From an uncultured Verrucomicrobiae bacterium (GTDB taxonomy: Bacteria; Verrucomicrobiota; Verrucomicrobiia; Chthoniobacterales; JAFAMB01): a stretch of DNA of 64,000 nucleotides. Below the pieces are notes generated by a model. That model ran no database searches and had not been told where the DNA came from. It saw nothing but the letters and a program-made list of their open reading frames with translations. This document shows positions 1-13,219 of this stretch, piece by piece (positions within the stretch are counted from its first letter, which is position 1; each line of letters opens with the position of its first letter). Position numbers and translations under genes: made by a program. The stretch lies in the NCBI GenBank assembly GCA_963782115.1, contig CAWAIK010000005.1, positions 64,001 to 128,000 on the forward strand, given 5' to 3'.

Positions 1-459
1 GGGACGAGCGTGACAATCAAAAGCCAAATATTTAATGTTCTCACCAGATGCTCCGCTGTAAGGCAGATAATGATAACGCCACAAAAGCCAGTCAAAGAGA
101 GCTAACTCTTCGGGGCTCTGCGTCGGTAGGATGCTGAGCGGTTCCAACATCCTGAGCTGGCTTTGGATCGGCTCAACCAGCGGCTGGGCGATGGGAGCCA
201 CTGGGCGAAAAGGGCAGCCGTTATTGGCGGACTTCTGACGGGCCGGCAAGCAGATCAGGCCTTTTTGCTCCAGTTTCAGGAGCATCGAGCGGCAGGCCAT
301 ATCCTTGAGCTGTCCTACGTGATTTCGCCACTGCCACCGTTGTGCAATGTGCACAGAGAGCTTGGTCCGGTTCCAGCCAGGATGAGCGTCAATGAGTTGG
401 CGGATCCATTCCAGATCATTTGCTTCTAAAGTACGGCTCTGAACATATAATGACTCCAT
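1..459 (-). CDS. DUF4338 (DruA-like) IS-associated protein, runs off the window edge
   Basis: Manual translation from ATG 459: MESLYVQSRTLEANDLEWIRQLIDAHPGWNRTKLSVHIAQRWQWRNHVGQLKDMACRSMLLKLEQKGLICLP...FDWLLWRYHYLPYSGASGENIKYLAFD. The 'W.WR...G.LKDMACR.MLLKL' and 'YHYL.Y....GE..KYL' motifs fit DUF4338. Not in the ORF track because it is open at the edge. Confidence 0.75.
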   Translation of the reverse strand, partial: MESLYVQSRTLEANDLEWIRQLIDAHPGWNRTKLSVHIAQRWQWRNHVGQLKDMACRSMLLKLEQKGLICLPARQKSANNGCPFRPVAPIAQPLVEPIQSQLRMLEPLSILPTQSPEELALFDWLLWRYHYLPYSGASGENIKYLAFDCHARP

Positions 460-641
460 TTCCGGACGTCACTACACCGAACGAAATTTCGAGGCCAGCA
501 AAAAAATAAAAAACTTTTGCCTGGCGAAAAATCTAAGATCTCACCCGGCTTAGCCGTCTCGAAATGTCCAAACTGCAGGGCCTGAAAGGCTATATCTCAA
601 ACTGGCGCTGTTAGGAAGCGTTCGAGATGTCCAAACTGGAG

Positions 642-815
642 AATAGCGATTACCAGTCGGCCGAAGAAATGCATGCTGGCGATCGACCGCTATTTCGATA
701 AAAGAAACGAAAACTTCAGAGCTCGTCCAAAGCGAGCTGGAAAGAAGATCTAGGGAAAGAAATCGTTGACCCGTCTTTCGACGAGGCTAACAACTGCAAA
801 GATCCGCGATGGTAA
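642..815 (+). pseudogene. IS630-family transposase C-terminal remnant
   Basis: Frameshifted reading NSDYQSAEEM..AIDRYFDKRNENFRARPKRAGKKI*GKE..PSFDEANNCKDPRW* resembles IS630-type C-termini. Confidence 0.5.
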
Positions 816-986
816 GTCCGAAATGAGAGGAAGACGACATCATCGTGGCCGCCGGGAGTTGGCTTGGGGGTTAGTTTTCGTGTTTTCGCTTACGATTTCC
901 CTAAAATCTCCGAATACGGTGAGTCGTTGGTGGCACCGGAATGCGTCGGAGAAACGGCCATTCCGGCGACCGGCCGACGTGGTCTC

Positions 987-1345
987 TCAACTACGCCGGA
1001 CTCGGATCTTAGTGTCTGACACGATCATAAAGCATCCTTTCCAACTCTCCACGTCGTAGGTTTCGAAAACCGAGGCCAGTAAATTCAGCAACTCCACACA
1101 CGCCCAGGATGCTGCAAGCGCACCAGCATCATGCCAGCGTGGGTTCCCGGCTGGAACTTCCGCAAGTCAGAGAAATCCAAATCCTGCGTGATGAGCAAAC
1201 GATTCTCGTCCTGGCAACGAATCCAAATCTCTTGGTCCTTTTTCCCAACTAAGCCTTCGTCTTTGACTGTACGCACGTCGTGCCCGTGCGACGCGAGAAC
1301 CCGCGCCACAGAAACGGGAATATTTTCGTCCAGCTTGATTTTCAA
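987..1345 (-). pseudogene. DUF5615 PIN-like toxin, frameshifted near 1095
   Basis: MKIKLDENIP...LITQDLDFSD PIN-like motifs. The C-terminus continues in another frame (LNLLASVFETYDVESWKGCFMIVSDTKIRVRRS*, stop at 987-989). Confidence 0.8.
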
Positions 1346-1495
1346 CTAGCCGCTGGCAGAACCTGTGTCGGAAGATCTTCTTTTGCGGACGCTGCCGCGA
1401 AAGCCACGACTGCGCGCAGCTGATCCTCGGTCAGAGACGGATAATCCTCGAGGATCTGTTCGAAGGAACTACCGTCGGCCAGACTCCCTGGAATT
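1342..1495 (-). pseudogene. DUF433 antitoxin, C-terminal part only
   Basis: SLADGSSFEQILEDYPSLTEDQLRAVVAFAAASAKE is a DUF433 C-terminus directly upstream of the PIN toxin; the N-terminus is replaced by unrelated sequence. Confidence 0.75.
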
Positions 1496-1589
1496 TGTCG
1501 ATCGTACCTACCCTGGCGCCGCGCGGAAGTGTCCGCCGTACGGCGGCGACCTGTGCGTTGTACGGAGCCACGATTAGAATATCGGCCAA

Positions 1590-1745
1590 CGTGTATGTGT
1601 TTAGCGCGATGTCTCAGCAGCTCAAAAGCCTTTTGCCTTACATCGCGCGCTACGAAAAACAGATCGCCGAACTCTTCCATGCTCATCCGCATAGCTTCCT
1701 GTTTCGGGATTTACTGGGCCTTTGGCACCGATCGGGGGCTTAGAT
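1590..1745 (+). pseudogene. IS110-family transposase internal fragment
   Basis: AMSQQLKSLLPYIARYEKQIAELFHAHPHSFLFRDLLG matches the coiled-coil/Tnp_20 junction of IS110 recombinases. Confidence 0.6.
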
Positions 1746-1912
1746 GTGGCTCCAGGCGTAGGCCGTTTCTATCGAAAGGATTGTCTTTGTGACCTTTGTG
1801 ATCTTCTGTGTAAATGATTTTTCTTCGTTTCCCCGGCACTAAGACAGAAAAAAAGCAAAAGTCATTTTTGAACAGAAGATCGCAAAGATCACAAAGAGTC
1901 ACTGTCTTTAAG
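1634..1912. repeat. ~275-bp repeat, copy 1 (inverted copy at 56378-56648)
   Basis: Near-identical reverse complement of 56378-56648; IS110 fragment plus an (A)CAGAAGATC(G/A)CAAAG palindromic repeat. Confidence 0.95.
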
Positions 1913-2058
1913 CTACAATTTAAGTGCAAGAGTCTACGATTTAGCTGCAATCTGCTTTGCAATTGAATCGTAGACTCCGAGGGAGAGTATCCATTTCCGG
2001 TCTACGATTTAACTGCGATCGACAGGCAGTTCGCCGCGTACCATGGCAACGAGGGATA

Positions 2059-2250
2059 TCACGTTTTGTTTGTGCTCAACCCCTTAAGCAGTTGCTGGAC
2101 AGTTTCGGGTACGATGGCCTTGAGTGGAGAGCCTTTGATTTTCCCCTCGATTGACATAGCAACCAGTCCGTGGAGTGCCGCACCAAGGGTGAGGGCCAAA
2201 CGATCGGGATCGCCTGCGACGATCTTGCCTGCGTCTTGACCCTCTTTCAA
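2059..2250 (-). pseudogene. TetR-family regulator C-terminal fragment
   Basis: EGQDAGKIVAGDPDRLALTLGAALHGLVAM is a TetR_C (WHG-like) motif; no HTH domain. Confidence 0.55.
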
Positions 2251-2649
2251 TCGTTCCAGATGCTATATGAGTCACGGACTTAATGCACTAGTGGCTTTCG
2301 ATGGGCATCTTCAGAAGATTGTTCCCGGGATCGTCCGTGGCATCGTGACTCGGCCAAAGGCTTGATGTAACCGAGACGGCCGGCGGTATTCGGCCGATTC
2401 GCTATTATTTCGAGGCCGAGCTCGAACTACGACGATAATTAACAACTCAGCACGAGAATGCGCCCCCAGCGTGGATGCAACGGTATAGTGGAGTGGCCAT
2501 CCGACTAGAAAACGTGCTGGCGCTGAATAGTGAATAGCAAGGGGCCGTTTGATCGCTTGGTAAGGTGAGGATGGAGCGCATGGTCACGCATCGCTGCCGG
2601 GGTTGTCGGTGCTCTACGACGCACGGCCATGATCCTGAAGACCGAAGAA

Positions 2650-2749
2650 TCGAAAGTGGCCATGAGCTTGCCGCTCTCGGCCTCCCAGAGCCGCGCGGTC
2701 GGGTCCCCCTGAAATGAGCACTCGCCGGCCGTCCTGGCTCAAGACTGCA
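2650..2749 (-). pseudogene. WD40 repeat fragment
   Basis: SAVLSQDGRRVL / TARLWEAESGKLMATF across a frameshift. Confidence 0.6.
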
Positions 2750-2983
2750 CTATTTACCGTTCTCGGCTACGTTGTAAAGAATCGAGTAAGGGAATCTTGT
2801 CACCCGACAGTGTCGAACGCCCGCTGCAATCTCCCGAAATCGATGCGGCTCAGAACCAATCTTTGCGATCGCCAATTCGACAGCATCCGCAAACTTCACT
2901 CCAATCTTCTCACCGCTTCCGGAATAAAATACCATCGCATCAAGATACTCTCGCCGTGCGTCTTCATCGAAACGCAGCCTCAT
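2750..2983 (-). CDS. RelE/ParE-family toxin, probably C-terminally truncated
   Basis: MRLRFDEDARREYLDAMVFY...RHCRVTRFPYSILY; its start overlaps the TGA of an upstream antitoxin-like remnant ending KTIDAFEVFAEARRIAER*. Confidence 0.75.
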   Translation of the reverse strand: MRLRFDEDARREYLDAMVFYSGSGEKIGVKFADAVELAIAKIGSEPHRFREIAAGVRHCRVTRFPYSILYNVAENGK

Positions 2984-3243
2984 CGCTCTGCTATACGACG
3001 TGCCTCCGCAAACACTTCAAAGGCATCAATAGTCTTTCGTTCGCCGGCTTTTGGATTAATCTCACTCTTTGCGATGTTGCTCGACCACTCTCCGCTCGTC
3101 TGGTGGCATACGGCGTTCAACAAGCTTAAGTTAGAATTCGTGATTGAATAAGCCCGAGTGAGATCCGTAACCTTTGCGGAAACGCCCTCTATCTTGTTCG
3201 TCGCTCGACTGAACTGGGCATTTACACGGCCCTCGTGGAAACT

Positions 3244-4842
3244 TCACTTGGGCAGCGTATCTTTGTAGATTGCGCCATCCTTCATAATGACCAGGAAGTT
3301 TTTGTCGGGGTCTGCGACGAGCTTGATATTTTCCAACGGATTGCCGTCGACCAGCAGCAGATCTGCGAGTGCGCCTTCTTCCACGACACCAAGCTTGCCT
3401 GGATAGGGATTGATAAACCCGGAAAGAGCCATCAACTCGCCATTGTCTGCCGTGGCCATCTTGAGCGCTTCGGCCGGGGTGTACCAGCGGACCATCTTGG
3501 CAAGCTGCGCTCCCTGCCTGCTGGCAGCCCTCGCGTCGAACAGAAGGTCGGTACCAAAGGCCGTCTTGATTTTGTACTTCTTCGCTAGTTTGTAGGCGTT
3601 GTCCGTCCCGGCGAACACCTCCCGCGCCTTCTTTTGAGACACCGGATTCAGGTTCACGGTGAGCGATTCTTCTTCAAGATCCAAAAAGGGTTGAAGGCTC
3701 CACCAGATGCCTTTATCCGCCAGCAACTGGGCGGTTGGCTCATCTATCAACTGGCCATGTTCGATGCATTTGACCCCGGCGGCGACCGCTTGTCGGATCG
3801 CACGCGGCGTATACGCGTGTACGGTGACATATGTGCCCCAATTCTCGGCCGCCTCTACCGCGGCGCGAATCTCCGGTTCAGTGTATTGGGTCGATTCGAT
3901 CGGATTGTAAGGTGAGGCGACCCCGCCACCTGCCATAAGCTTGATCTGACTGGCGCCCTGTCTCAACTGTTCTCTCGCTCGCAACCGGACCTCATCCGGA
4001 CTGTCGGCAATCGCTGCGACGCCCTCGACCTCGGAGTGGCTCAGCGGACCGCCCAGCGTACGCGGAAGTTCAAAGCGGAAGCGAAAGTCTCCATGGCCTG
4101 AGGTTTGTGAGATGAAAGCGCCCGAGGGATAAATGCGCGGACCAATTATGACGCCTTCATCAATGGCGCGCTTGAGCCCGAACACGGGACCTCCAAGGTC
4201 GCGAACGGTGGTGAAACCTCTCATTAGCGTCGATTTAGCCTGTCGCGCTGCCAACAGGTGAAGGTAGGAAGGGTCGGCGGTCATCATGAGCAACTGGGAT
4301 GTCGCCGCCATAAAAGCATGCCAATGCGCGTCAATGAGGCCTGGCATCAGCACCCGCCCGTCTGCCGCTATGACGCGGACGTTCTTATTGGTGTCGACGA
4401 TGATCGGGCTGGCAGATATGCGCTCAATGATGTTGCCTCTGACCAGCACATTGGAGGGGGTCGATAGCGCGGCACTCTTACCGTCGAAGATGCAGACGTT
4501 CTGAAAAAGCGTTACCCCGCCGTTGACCAGAGTGGCGGGAGGTGCCAAATCCGGCCCTGCTAAGTCGTAGTCTTGCGCCAGGCTCGCCTGCCAAAGCCCG
4601 ACTAAAAGTGCCGCCAACACCAGCGATGGACATAGCATAAGTTTCAACTTCCGGACCACCCTGCCCAAGGCGAAAACTGGGCAAACAGCACCCACCGCTA
4701 GCACCGGCCCAATTTGTGCCCAGTTACTTTTGGAGTTCATTGTGTATGCTCTTTTTCTGCCTCTGAACTGTCGAATTGAATCTAGTGCACCGTCTCGCAT
4801 TATAATGGTGATGTCGCCGCAGGTCAGTTGGCTGTTTTTCAA
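3244..4842 (-). CDS. Metal-dependent amidohydrolase (Xaa-Pro dipeptidase-like subfamily), likely secreted; true start probably downstream (~4638-4740)
   Basis: MPGLIDAHWH, GFTTVRDLGG, IKLMAGGG, HAY, IEHG, AFGTD, GALADLLLVDGNP; hydrophobic signal-like stretch LVLAALLVGLWQASLA. Confidence 0.9.
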   Translation of the reverse strand: MKNSQLTCGDITIIMRDGALDSIRQFRGRKRAYTMNSKSNWAQIGPVLAVGAVCPVFALGRVVRKLKLMLCPSLVLAALLVGLWQASLAQDYDLAGPDLAPPATLVNGGVTLFQNVCIFDGKSAALSTPSNVLVRGNIIERISASPIIVDTNKNVRVIAADGRVLMPGLIDAHWHAFMAATSQLLMMTADPSYLHLLAARQAKSTLMRGFTTVRDLGGPVFGLKRAIDEGVIIGPRIYPSGAFISQTSGHGDFRFRFELPRTLGGPLSHSEVEGVAAIADSPDEVRLRAREQLRQGASQIKLMAGGGVASPYNPIESTQYTEPEIRAAVEAAENWGTYVTVHAYTPRAIRQAVAAGVKCIEHGQLIDEPTAQLLADKGIWWSLQPFLDLEEESLTVNLNPVSQKKAREVFAGTDNAYKLAKKYKIKTAFGTDLLFDARAASRQGAQLAKMVRWYTPAEALKMATADNGELMALSGFINPYPGKLGVVEEGALADLLLVDGNPLENIKLVADPDKNFLVIMKDGAIYKDTLPK

Positions 4843-5028
4843 GGCGCGAGCGAAGCGCCCATATCTGAGTCATACGGGTCGAGCGAGCAACGCGGAAAAA
4901 CAGCCAACTGGCCGCGGCCCGGAGGGTTGCGTTGAAAATGGGCCGGCGGCCGCGTTGCTCGTCGGTTACGTATCGATTCAGATATGCGCCCTCCTTGCGC
5001 CTTGCCGACGGCCCATTTTGAACGCAAC
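4841..5028. repeat. Nested palindromic intergenic element (REP/MITE-like)
   Basis: AAGGCGCGAG...CATATCTGA...GAGCAACGCGG pairs imperfectly with CCGCGTTGCTC...TCAGATATG...GCGCCTT; also GTTGCGTTGAAAATGGGCC / GGCCCATTTTGAACGCAAC. Confidence 0.7.
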
Positions 5029-5711
5029 GCCATCACCATTATATGCGAGACGGTGCACTAGAGGCAGTGGCTATGTGTTCCCCCCAAGGGAAGGTGGTCG
5101 AAGACTTTGAGATCGAACATTCGGCATGCAGGAACCAGGATTGGCAACAAAGCCATTGCGGCTGCCATCCGCCGAGAAAATGCGTGGCGCACTTGAGAAT
5201 TCTGTCGTTCTTGTCTTTCATTTTGTGGCTTTCACGGTAGCCGGATGCTTCGGTGAGCCTTTTTTAGCGTTAGCTGCTGCTGCGAAAAAGAGGAAGGAAA
5301 ATAACAGACCTCCGCGCGACGATTGCCAGACTATCCGTTTAGTCCTTAAGGTCCTATAAATTATAGAAACAAAGCGGCTAGAGCATGGCCAATTCCACGC
5401 CGACTCGGCCATCACCCACCGCCCGAAACCCGGATAACCACCCATCGAAATGCTCCTCCGACAGGATGAGTCTCGCTACCGGAGCTCATCCAGACCGCAG
5501 GCGGATTCGGCAACCAGACTCCGGAGGCAAACAGATGCTCTTTCATGTTCAACAGATCTCCAGGGCGAAACTGATATTCCCATTTTTGTCGCTGCCGGTG
5601 GTCCACCTAGGCCAGAATGTTTGAAGAAGAGACCCTGTCAGTATGAACCTGCGCGAGCTGCTGCGGCGCCTCTCCGCATATCGATTAGCGAACAGCTGTC
5701 ACCAGTTACGC

Positions 5712-5880
5712 GACCAGGCGAAGACAGTAGACCAGGTCATTGCCAGCGTGCCGGTTCGGGCGTTTAGCCAGGCGAACAAAGCACAGTTTTACGTCTCGAT
5801 GTCGCGCGCTCGCTACGCGATGCACTTGCTTACTGACAGCAAGGAGGAAGGTAGCGCTGCGGGATGCCGTCACTAGACCG
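5712..5880 (+). pseudogene. MOBF (TrwC/TraI-type) relaxase-helicase C-terminal fragment
   Basis: QAKTVDQVIASVPVRAFSQANKAQFYVSMSRARYAMHLLTDSK matches SF1B helicase motifs V/VI of TrwC-like relaxases. Confidence 0.7.
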
Positions 5881-5933
5881 ATCACAAAGACTCTCGCACG
5901 CCGCGACAAGCACTGTCTATCGGAACAAATGGA

Positions 5934-9173
<3,240 letters not shown>

Positions 9174-11246
9174 TTACCGCTTGTACCGGACAAGGCGAAC
9201 ACCGTAGGGCAGGATTTCCGTGCGATTCCCTAGTTTTTGCTCTTCTAAGAGGTCAAAGGGTGGCTCTTTAAATGTTACCGGCTGAACTTTAGAGGTAAAA
9301 TTCAAAAGAAAGCAGAACTGCTCAGTCTCATTGGACCGTATCATGGTCTGAACCTCGGGAGGAATTTCAGCCCAGGCCGCGAGCGGGTCTTGAAGTTCCA
9401 GGACGTCTAGCAACGCGGTAACGTTCTGGGGCGTGAAAAAGCTGCCAAAATGGATGACTCGGCCCCGACCTTTTTGGTGCAGAGTCACAGCGGGTCGACC
9501 CGCATAATAGTCCGACGCATAGGATGCGAGGACGCGGACGTCGTTCCGCGTGCCTTCGAGCACTTCGTTAAAAACTGGCGCTTCAAATAAACGATCTGAA
9601 TGGCCGAAGCGAATATTGCTGCTTTCTCCCGGTGCCACCACCGTGAAGTCGGCCACCCGCGCCCCAACCAAGCTTTCGTAAAAGGCTTTCCCGGCCACGT
9701 CGTAACACCAATGGTTGCGGTCCCGATAACCGCTCCAGCAACCAAAGACCAGCGTACCACCTCCTTCCACGTAGACCTGCAAATCCCGTAAGTCTGCGGC
9801 CGTAAGCACGTGCGCATGCGGAAAGAAAACGATTTGGTAATGGGCCAAGTCATCGGGCTCATCAATGGTCGACAATGGCCGCATGTCGACCGAGAAATGT
9901 CGCTCGGACAAGGCCTGGAACACGCTGAGCTCATTGCTTTCGCGGTGTTTGCCAGTGACCCGCTCGATACGAGCATGCGATTCGTTGTCGAAGTTGTATA
10001 AAATCGCTGCGGTCGAAACGCAGTGGGTGCCGGTCAACGAACCTGACAGGCGTTTGATTTCCTCCCCGAGCCGTTTGGCTTCCTCCAACCTCCACAAATT
10101 GCGCTCATCGTGGTACAGGAGGCCATTCCAATGGGCTTCCGAACCGTAGGGCAACGAACGCCAGCGGAAAAAGAGAAGGCCGTCCGCCCCGTTGGCGATG
10201 GAGTTCCAGCACCAGAGCCGCATCTGTCCGGGTTTGGGTGTGGGGTGGAGGTAATCGGGGTTACCGTTCAGGACGCCCCCGATTTGGCCGCTTGGGCCCG
10301 ACTGCTGTTCCAGCACCATGAACTTGGGAGAAACCCCGCGCATTCTAGACAGGAACTTGGACTCAGAACGGTCGCGAAAACCCGCTGGCAGCGTGAAGTC
10401 GCATACCTTGAATTCCGGATAGGAATCGTATGAGACAAAGTCTACGGCCTCCTTTACGAACTTAGACAAATCCACACTTGTCATGGTTTGAAAGGCGTTG
10501 TGGGTGACGAACTGATGCGGCGCAATCCGCTTGATGATCTGACGTTGTGTCGCTCCAAACAGAATCGTCATGTCGGAGGTGAACCGGTAGAAGTCCAACA
10601 ATAGGCTCGGATTTTGATAGGTCACGGTTGGTCGAGGCAGCCAGACTTGGTCCCAGGCGGTATAGGTCTGGGACCAAAACGACGTGCCCCAAGCCTGGTT
10701 CAGGGCGTCGAGTGTTCCGTAGCGCTCCTGGCACCAGGCGCGGAAAGCATCGTGGTCACTCGGCGCAAAACTAACATCCAGATGGCAGTTAAGTTCGTTG
10801 TCAATCTGCCAGCCGATTACTGCCGGATGATTCTTGTAATGTTCGGCCAGCACCTCGGTAATGGCCTGTGATTTTTGGCGATAAACCGGTGATGTATAGT
10901 TGTAATGGCGTCGGGAACCATGCGTCAGGCGCGCTCCTTGAAAGCTCACGCGCGACACTTCCGGGTAATGTTCGGTTAGCCAGGCCGGCGGCGTGTAGGT
11001 AGGCGTCCCCATGATCGCTTTGAGCCCGTTTTTCTGGCAAAGCTCAAGCGCACGGTCGAACAAGGCAAAGTCATAGCGGCCTTCTTCGGGTTCCCAGACG
11101 CTCCAAGCCCCTTCCCCCATTCGGACTACGTTCATGCCCGTGTCGGCGATGCGCGCAAGGTCGGACTCCCACCGGGGTTCGGGCCATTGTTCTGGGTAGT
11201 AAACGACCCCGTAGAGAAACGAATCGTAGGAATAGCTCTTGTTCAT
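9174..11246 (-). CDS. Beta-galactosidase, GH42
   Basis: YGVVYYPEQWP, VRMGEGAWS..EP, PTYTPPAWL, WQIDNE, MVLEQQSG, FFRWR..GSE. Confidence 0.95.
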   Translation of the reverse strand: MNKSYSYDSFLYGVVYYPEQWPEPRWESDLARIADTGMNVVRMGEGAWSVWEPEEGRYDFALFDRALELCQKNGLKAIMGTPTYTPPAWLTEHYPEVSRVSFQGARLTHGSRRHYNYTSPVYRQKSQAITEVLAEHYKNHPAVIGWQIDNELNCHLDVSFAPSDHDAFRAWCQERYGTLDALNQAWGTSFWSQTYTAWDQVWLPRPTVTYQNPSLLLDFYRFTSDMTILFGATQRQIIKRIAPHQFVTHNAFQTMTSVDLSKFVKEAVDFVSYDSYPEFKVCDFTLPAGFRDRSESKFLSRMRGVSPKFMVLEQQSGPSGQIGGVLNGNPDYLHPTPKPGQMRLWCWNSIANGADGLLFFRWRSLPYGSEAHWNGLLYHDERNLWRLEEAKRLGEEIKRLSGSLTGTHCVSTAAILYNFDNESHARIERVTGKHRESNELSVFQALSERHFSVDMRPLSTIDEPDDLAHYQIVFFPHAHVLTAADLRDLQVYVEGGGTLVFGCWSGYRDRNHWCYDVAGKAFYESLVGARVADFTVVAPGESSNIRFGHSDRLFEAPVFNEVLEGTRNDVRVLASYASDYYAGRPAVTLHQKGRGRVIHFGSFFTPQNVTALLDVLELQDPLAAWAEIPPEVQTMIRSNETEQFCFLLNFTSKVQPVTFKEPPFDLLEEQKLGNRTEILPYGVRLVRYKR

Positions 11247-11339
11247 GGTTAAACTTTGCGACTTTTACGCCGGGCGGGTTGGGCCGTTACCGGCGAAGAC
11301 CTATCTTACTGGCTTCGGAATGGCCTTTGATCGTCGGGC

Positions 11340-12299
11340 TTAGCCTTTGGTAGCGCCCGCCGTTAAACCGCCCCGCCAATATTTGCCCAAAACGACGAAG
11401 GCGATCAGGAGAGGCAGCACGCTGATCAGTGAGCCCAAAGCGATGAGGTTATAAACCGGTCTACCACCCGCCGCGGAGCTCACGCTGTTCCAGACGTTAA
11501 GCCCTAACGTCAGTGGATAGAGGCTGTCCTGGCTCAAGACGATCAACGGCAGGAAGAAGTTGTTCCACGCCCCCACAAAACAAAGCAGGGCAACCGTCAC
11601 CAAACCGGTCTGCATCAGCGGCATGCCGATGCGCCAGAAAATCTGCCATTCGCTCGCCCCTTCCAGGCGTGAAGCTTCGATTAGTTCACTGGGAAAACCC
11701 GAATCCCAGAATGTCTTCATCAGGTAAAGACCGAAAGGGTTAACCAGGCTTGGCAGGATTACACCCCACATTGTATTAACCAGACCAACCTTGTTCAGCA
11801 GTAGAAACAATGGCAATACTAACGCAGTCGAAGGCACCATGATCGTACCCAGGATGAAGTTAAATAAAAGCTGCTTGTAGGGAAAATCGTACTTGGAAAA
11901 GGCGTAGCCGCCCATAGCGCAAATTAGTGTGCTCCCCAGCGTGATTGAGCCGGCGTAAACCAGCGAGTTGCCAAACCAGCGCAGGAAAATCCCATTCTGA
12001 TAAGTAAACAGGCCGGAGAGGTTCTCGAAAAAATGCATGGGAGCGGCGAACCATAAACCGAAGGTCGAGAAAATCTGACCGTTGTCCTTAGTCATCGCCG
12101 CAATGATCCAACTGGCGGGTAACAGGCAATAGAGCAGAAACGCTCCGAGCACTATGTTGCGCAATACCCCCGGGACGGGGGGACTGTCGGCATCTACTTG
12201 AGAGACAGCTGGCGGTGGCGCAATGACGTTCCCTGGGGGGCCGGCCGGCACAGTCGCGTCGCCGGGTTCAGCTGGGGCAGACGGTTGTTTGATGGCCAT
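11340..12299 (-). CDS. Carbohydrate ABC transporter permease (CUT1, MalG-like)
   Basis: EAA loop ELIEASRLEGAS; WNNFFLPL; TM helices. Confidence 0.92.
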   Translation of the reverse strand: MAIKQPSAPAEPGDATVPAGPPGNVIAPPPAVSQVDADSPPVPGVLRNIVLGAFLLYCLLPASWIIAAMTKDNGQIFSTFGLWFAAPMHFFENLSGLFTYQNGIFLRWFGNSLVYAGSITLGSTLICAMGGYAFSKYDFPYKQLLFNFILGTIMVPSTALVLPLFLLLNKVGLVNTMWGVILPSLVNPFGLYLMKTFWDSGFPSELIEASRLEGASEWQIFWRIGMPLMQTGLVTVALLCFVGAWNNFFLPLIVLSQDSLYPLTLGLNVWNSVSSAAGGRPVYNLIALGSLISVLPLLIAFVVLGKYWRGGLTAGATKG

Positions 12300-12315
12300 A
12301 AGGGTTGTGAAGTTA

Positions 12316-13182
12316 CTACTTTGAACTGATCCGCCGTAAGAACGGGCCGCTGATCACAAAGATGAGAAGTGCCAACAGGATGGCTAAGGCTCCTGCGTAC
12401 GAGTAATTGGCGTCACGGGCGGCAGTCAGGTAGAGGTAAAGATTGGGGGTGATATTGTCGGCTACGTAGCCAAGCGGGCGCAGCACAAAGGCTTCGGTAA
12501 AGAGTTGAGAGGTTCCGATGACTGAGAAAATGAACAACAGCTTCAGCGTAGGCATCAGCAACGGGATCTTAATGGAACGCACAATGTCCCACGCAGTGGC
12601 GCCATCAACTTTCGCAGCTTCGTAGAGTTCTGTGGGGATGTTCTGCAAGGCCGCAAACAGCGTGATCATGTTGTAACCCGTCCAGGTCCAAGTCACGATA
12701 TTGGCGATCGAATAAAGCACCACTCCCGGTGACAGGAAATCGATCGCGCCCGCATGGAGCGCGCCCAAGACTTGATTAAAGGGTGAGAGGTTTGGCGAAT
12801 ACAGGTAACCCCAGATCAATGCGCCGATCGCTGAGGGGATACCGTACGGCATGAAGAAAGCGGTGCGGCAAATCTTCATGAAGATGCCACGCGACTCGGC
12901 CAGCAGCAGCGCCAGTATGATCGCCAATCCGAGCATAACGGGAACCTGTACGACCCCAAAAACAAACATGTTTTTGAGGCCGTTAAGGAAGTCTCCGTCT
13001 TGGACAGCCCGGAAGTAGTTCGCCAAGCCCCCAAACACTTCCTTGGCCGGCCCGATGCCGACCCGTTTACGGATGAAAAGGCTCAGGTAAATGGCGTAGA
13101 AGACCGGCGTCAGGTAGAAGGCGACAAACACCGTCAGAAAAGGCGCGAGGAACAACAAAGCGGTTTTGCGGTACTGGCGCAT
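12316..13182 (-). CDS. Carbohydrate ABC transporter permease (CUT1, MalF-like)
   Basis: [14 protein letters not shown] motif; TM helices. Confidence 0.92.
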   Translation of the reverse strand: MRQYRKTALLFLAPFLTVFVAFYLTPVFYAIYLSLFIRKRVGIGPAKEVFGGLANYFRAVQDGDFLNGLKNMFVFGVVQVPVMLGLAIILALLLAESRGIFMKICRTAFFMPYGIPSAIGALIWGYLYSPNLSPFNQVLGALHAGAIDFLSPGVVLYSIANIVTWTWTGYNMITLFAALQNIPTELYEAAKVDGATAWDIVRSIKIPLLMPTLKLLFIFSVIGTSQLFTEAFVLRPLGYVADNITPNLYLYLTAARDANYSYAGALAILLALLIFVISGPFLRRISSK

Positions 13183-13219
13183 GGCCGGGTAATCCTTTTC
13201 AATCGTTTTTATGCTGGGC

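Noticed and set aside
1..459. Druantia anti-phage system
   Set aside because: Only a DUF4338-like gene in an IS-fragment context; no other Druantia genes are visible in the window
1711..1962. Short ORFs such as LCDLCDLLFK and VLVVVL/EDDDE peptides (also near 24248, 42217, 43779, 56388)
   Set aside because: They are translations of palindromic repeats, not genes
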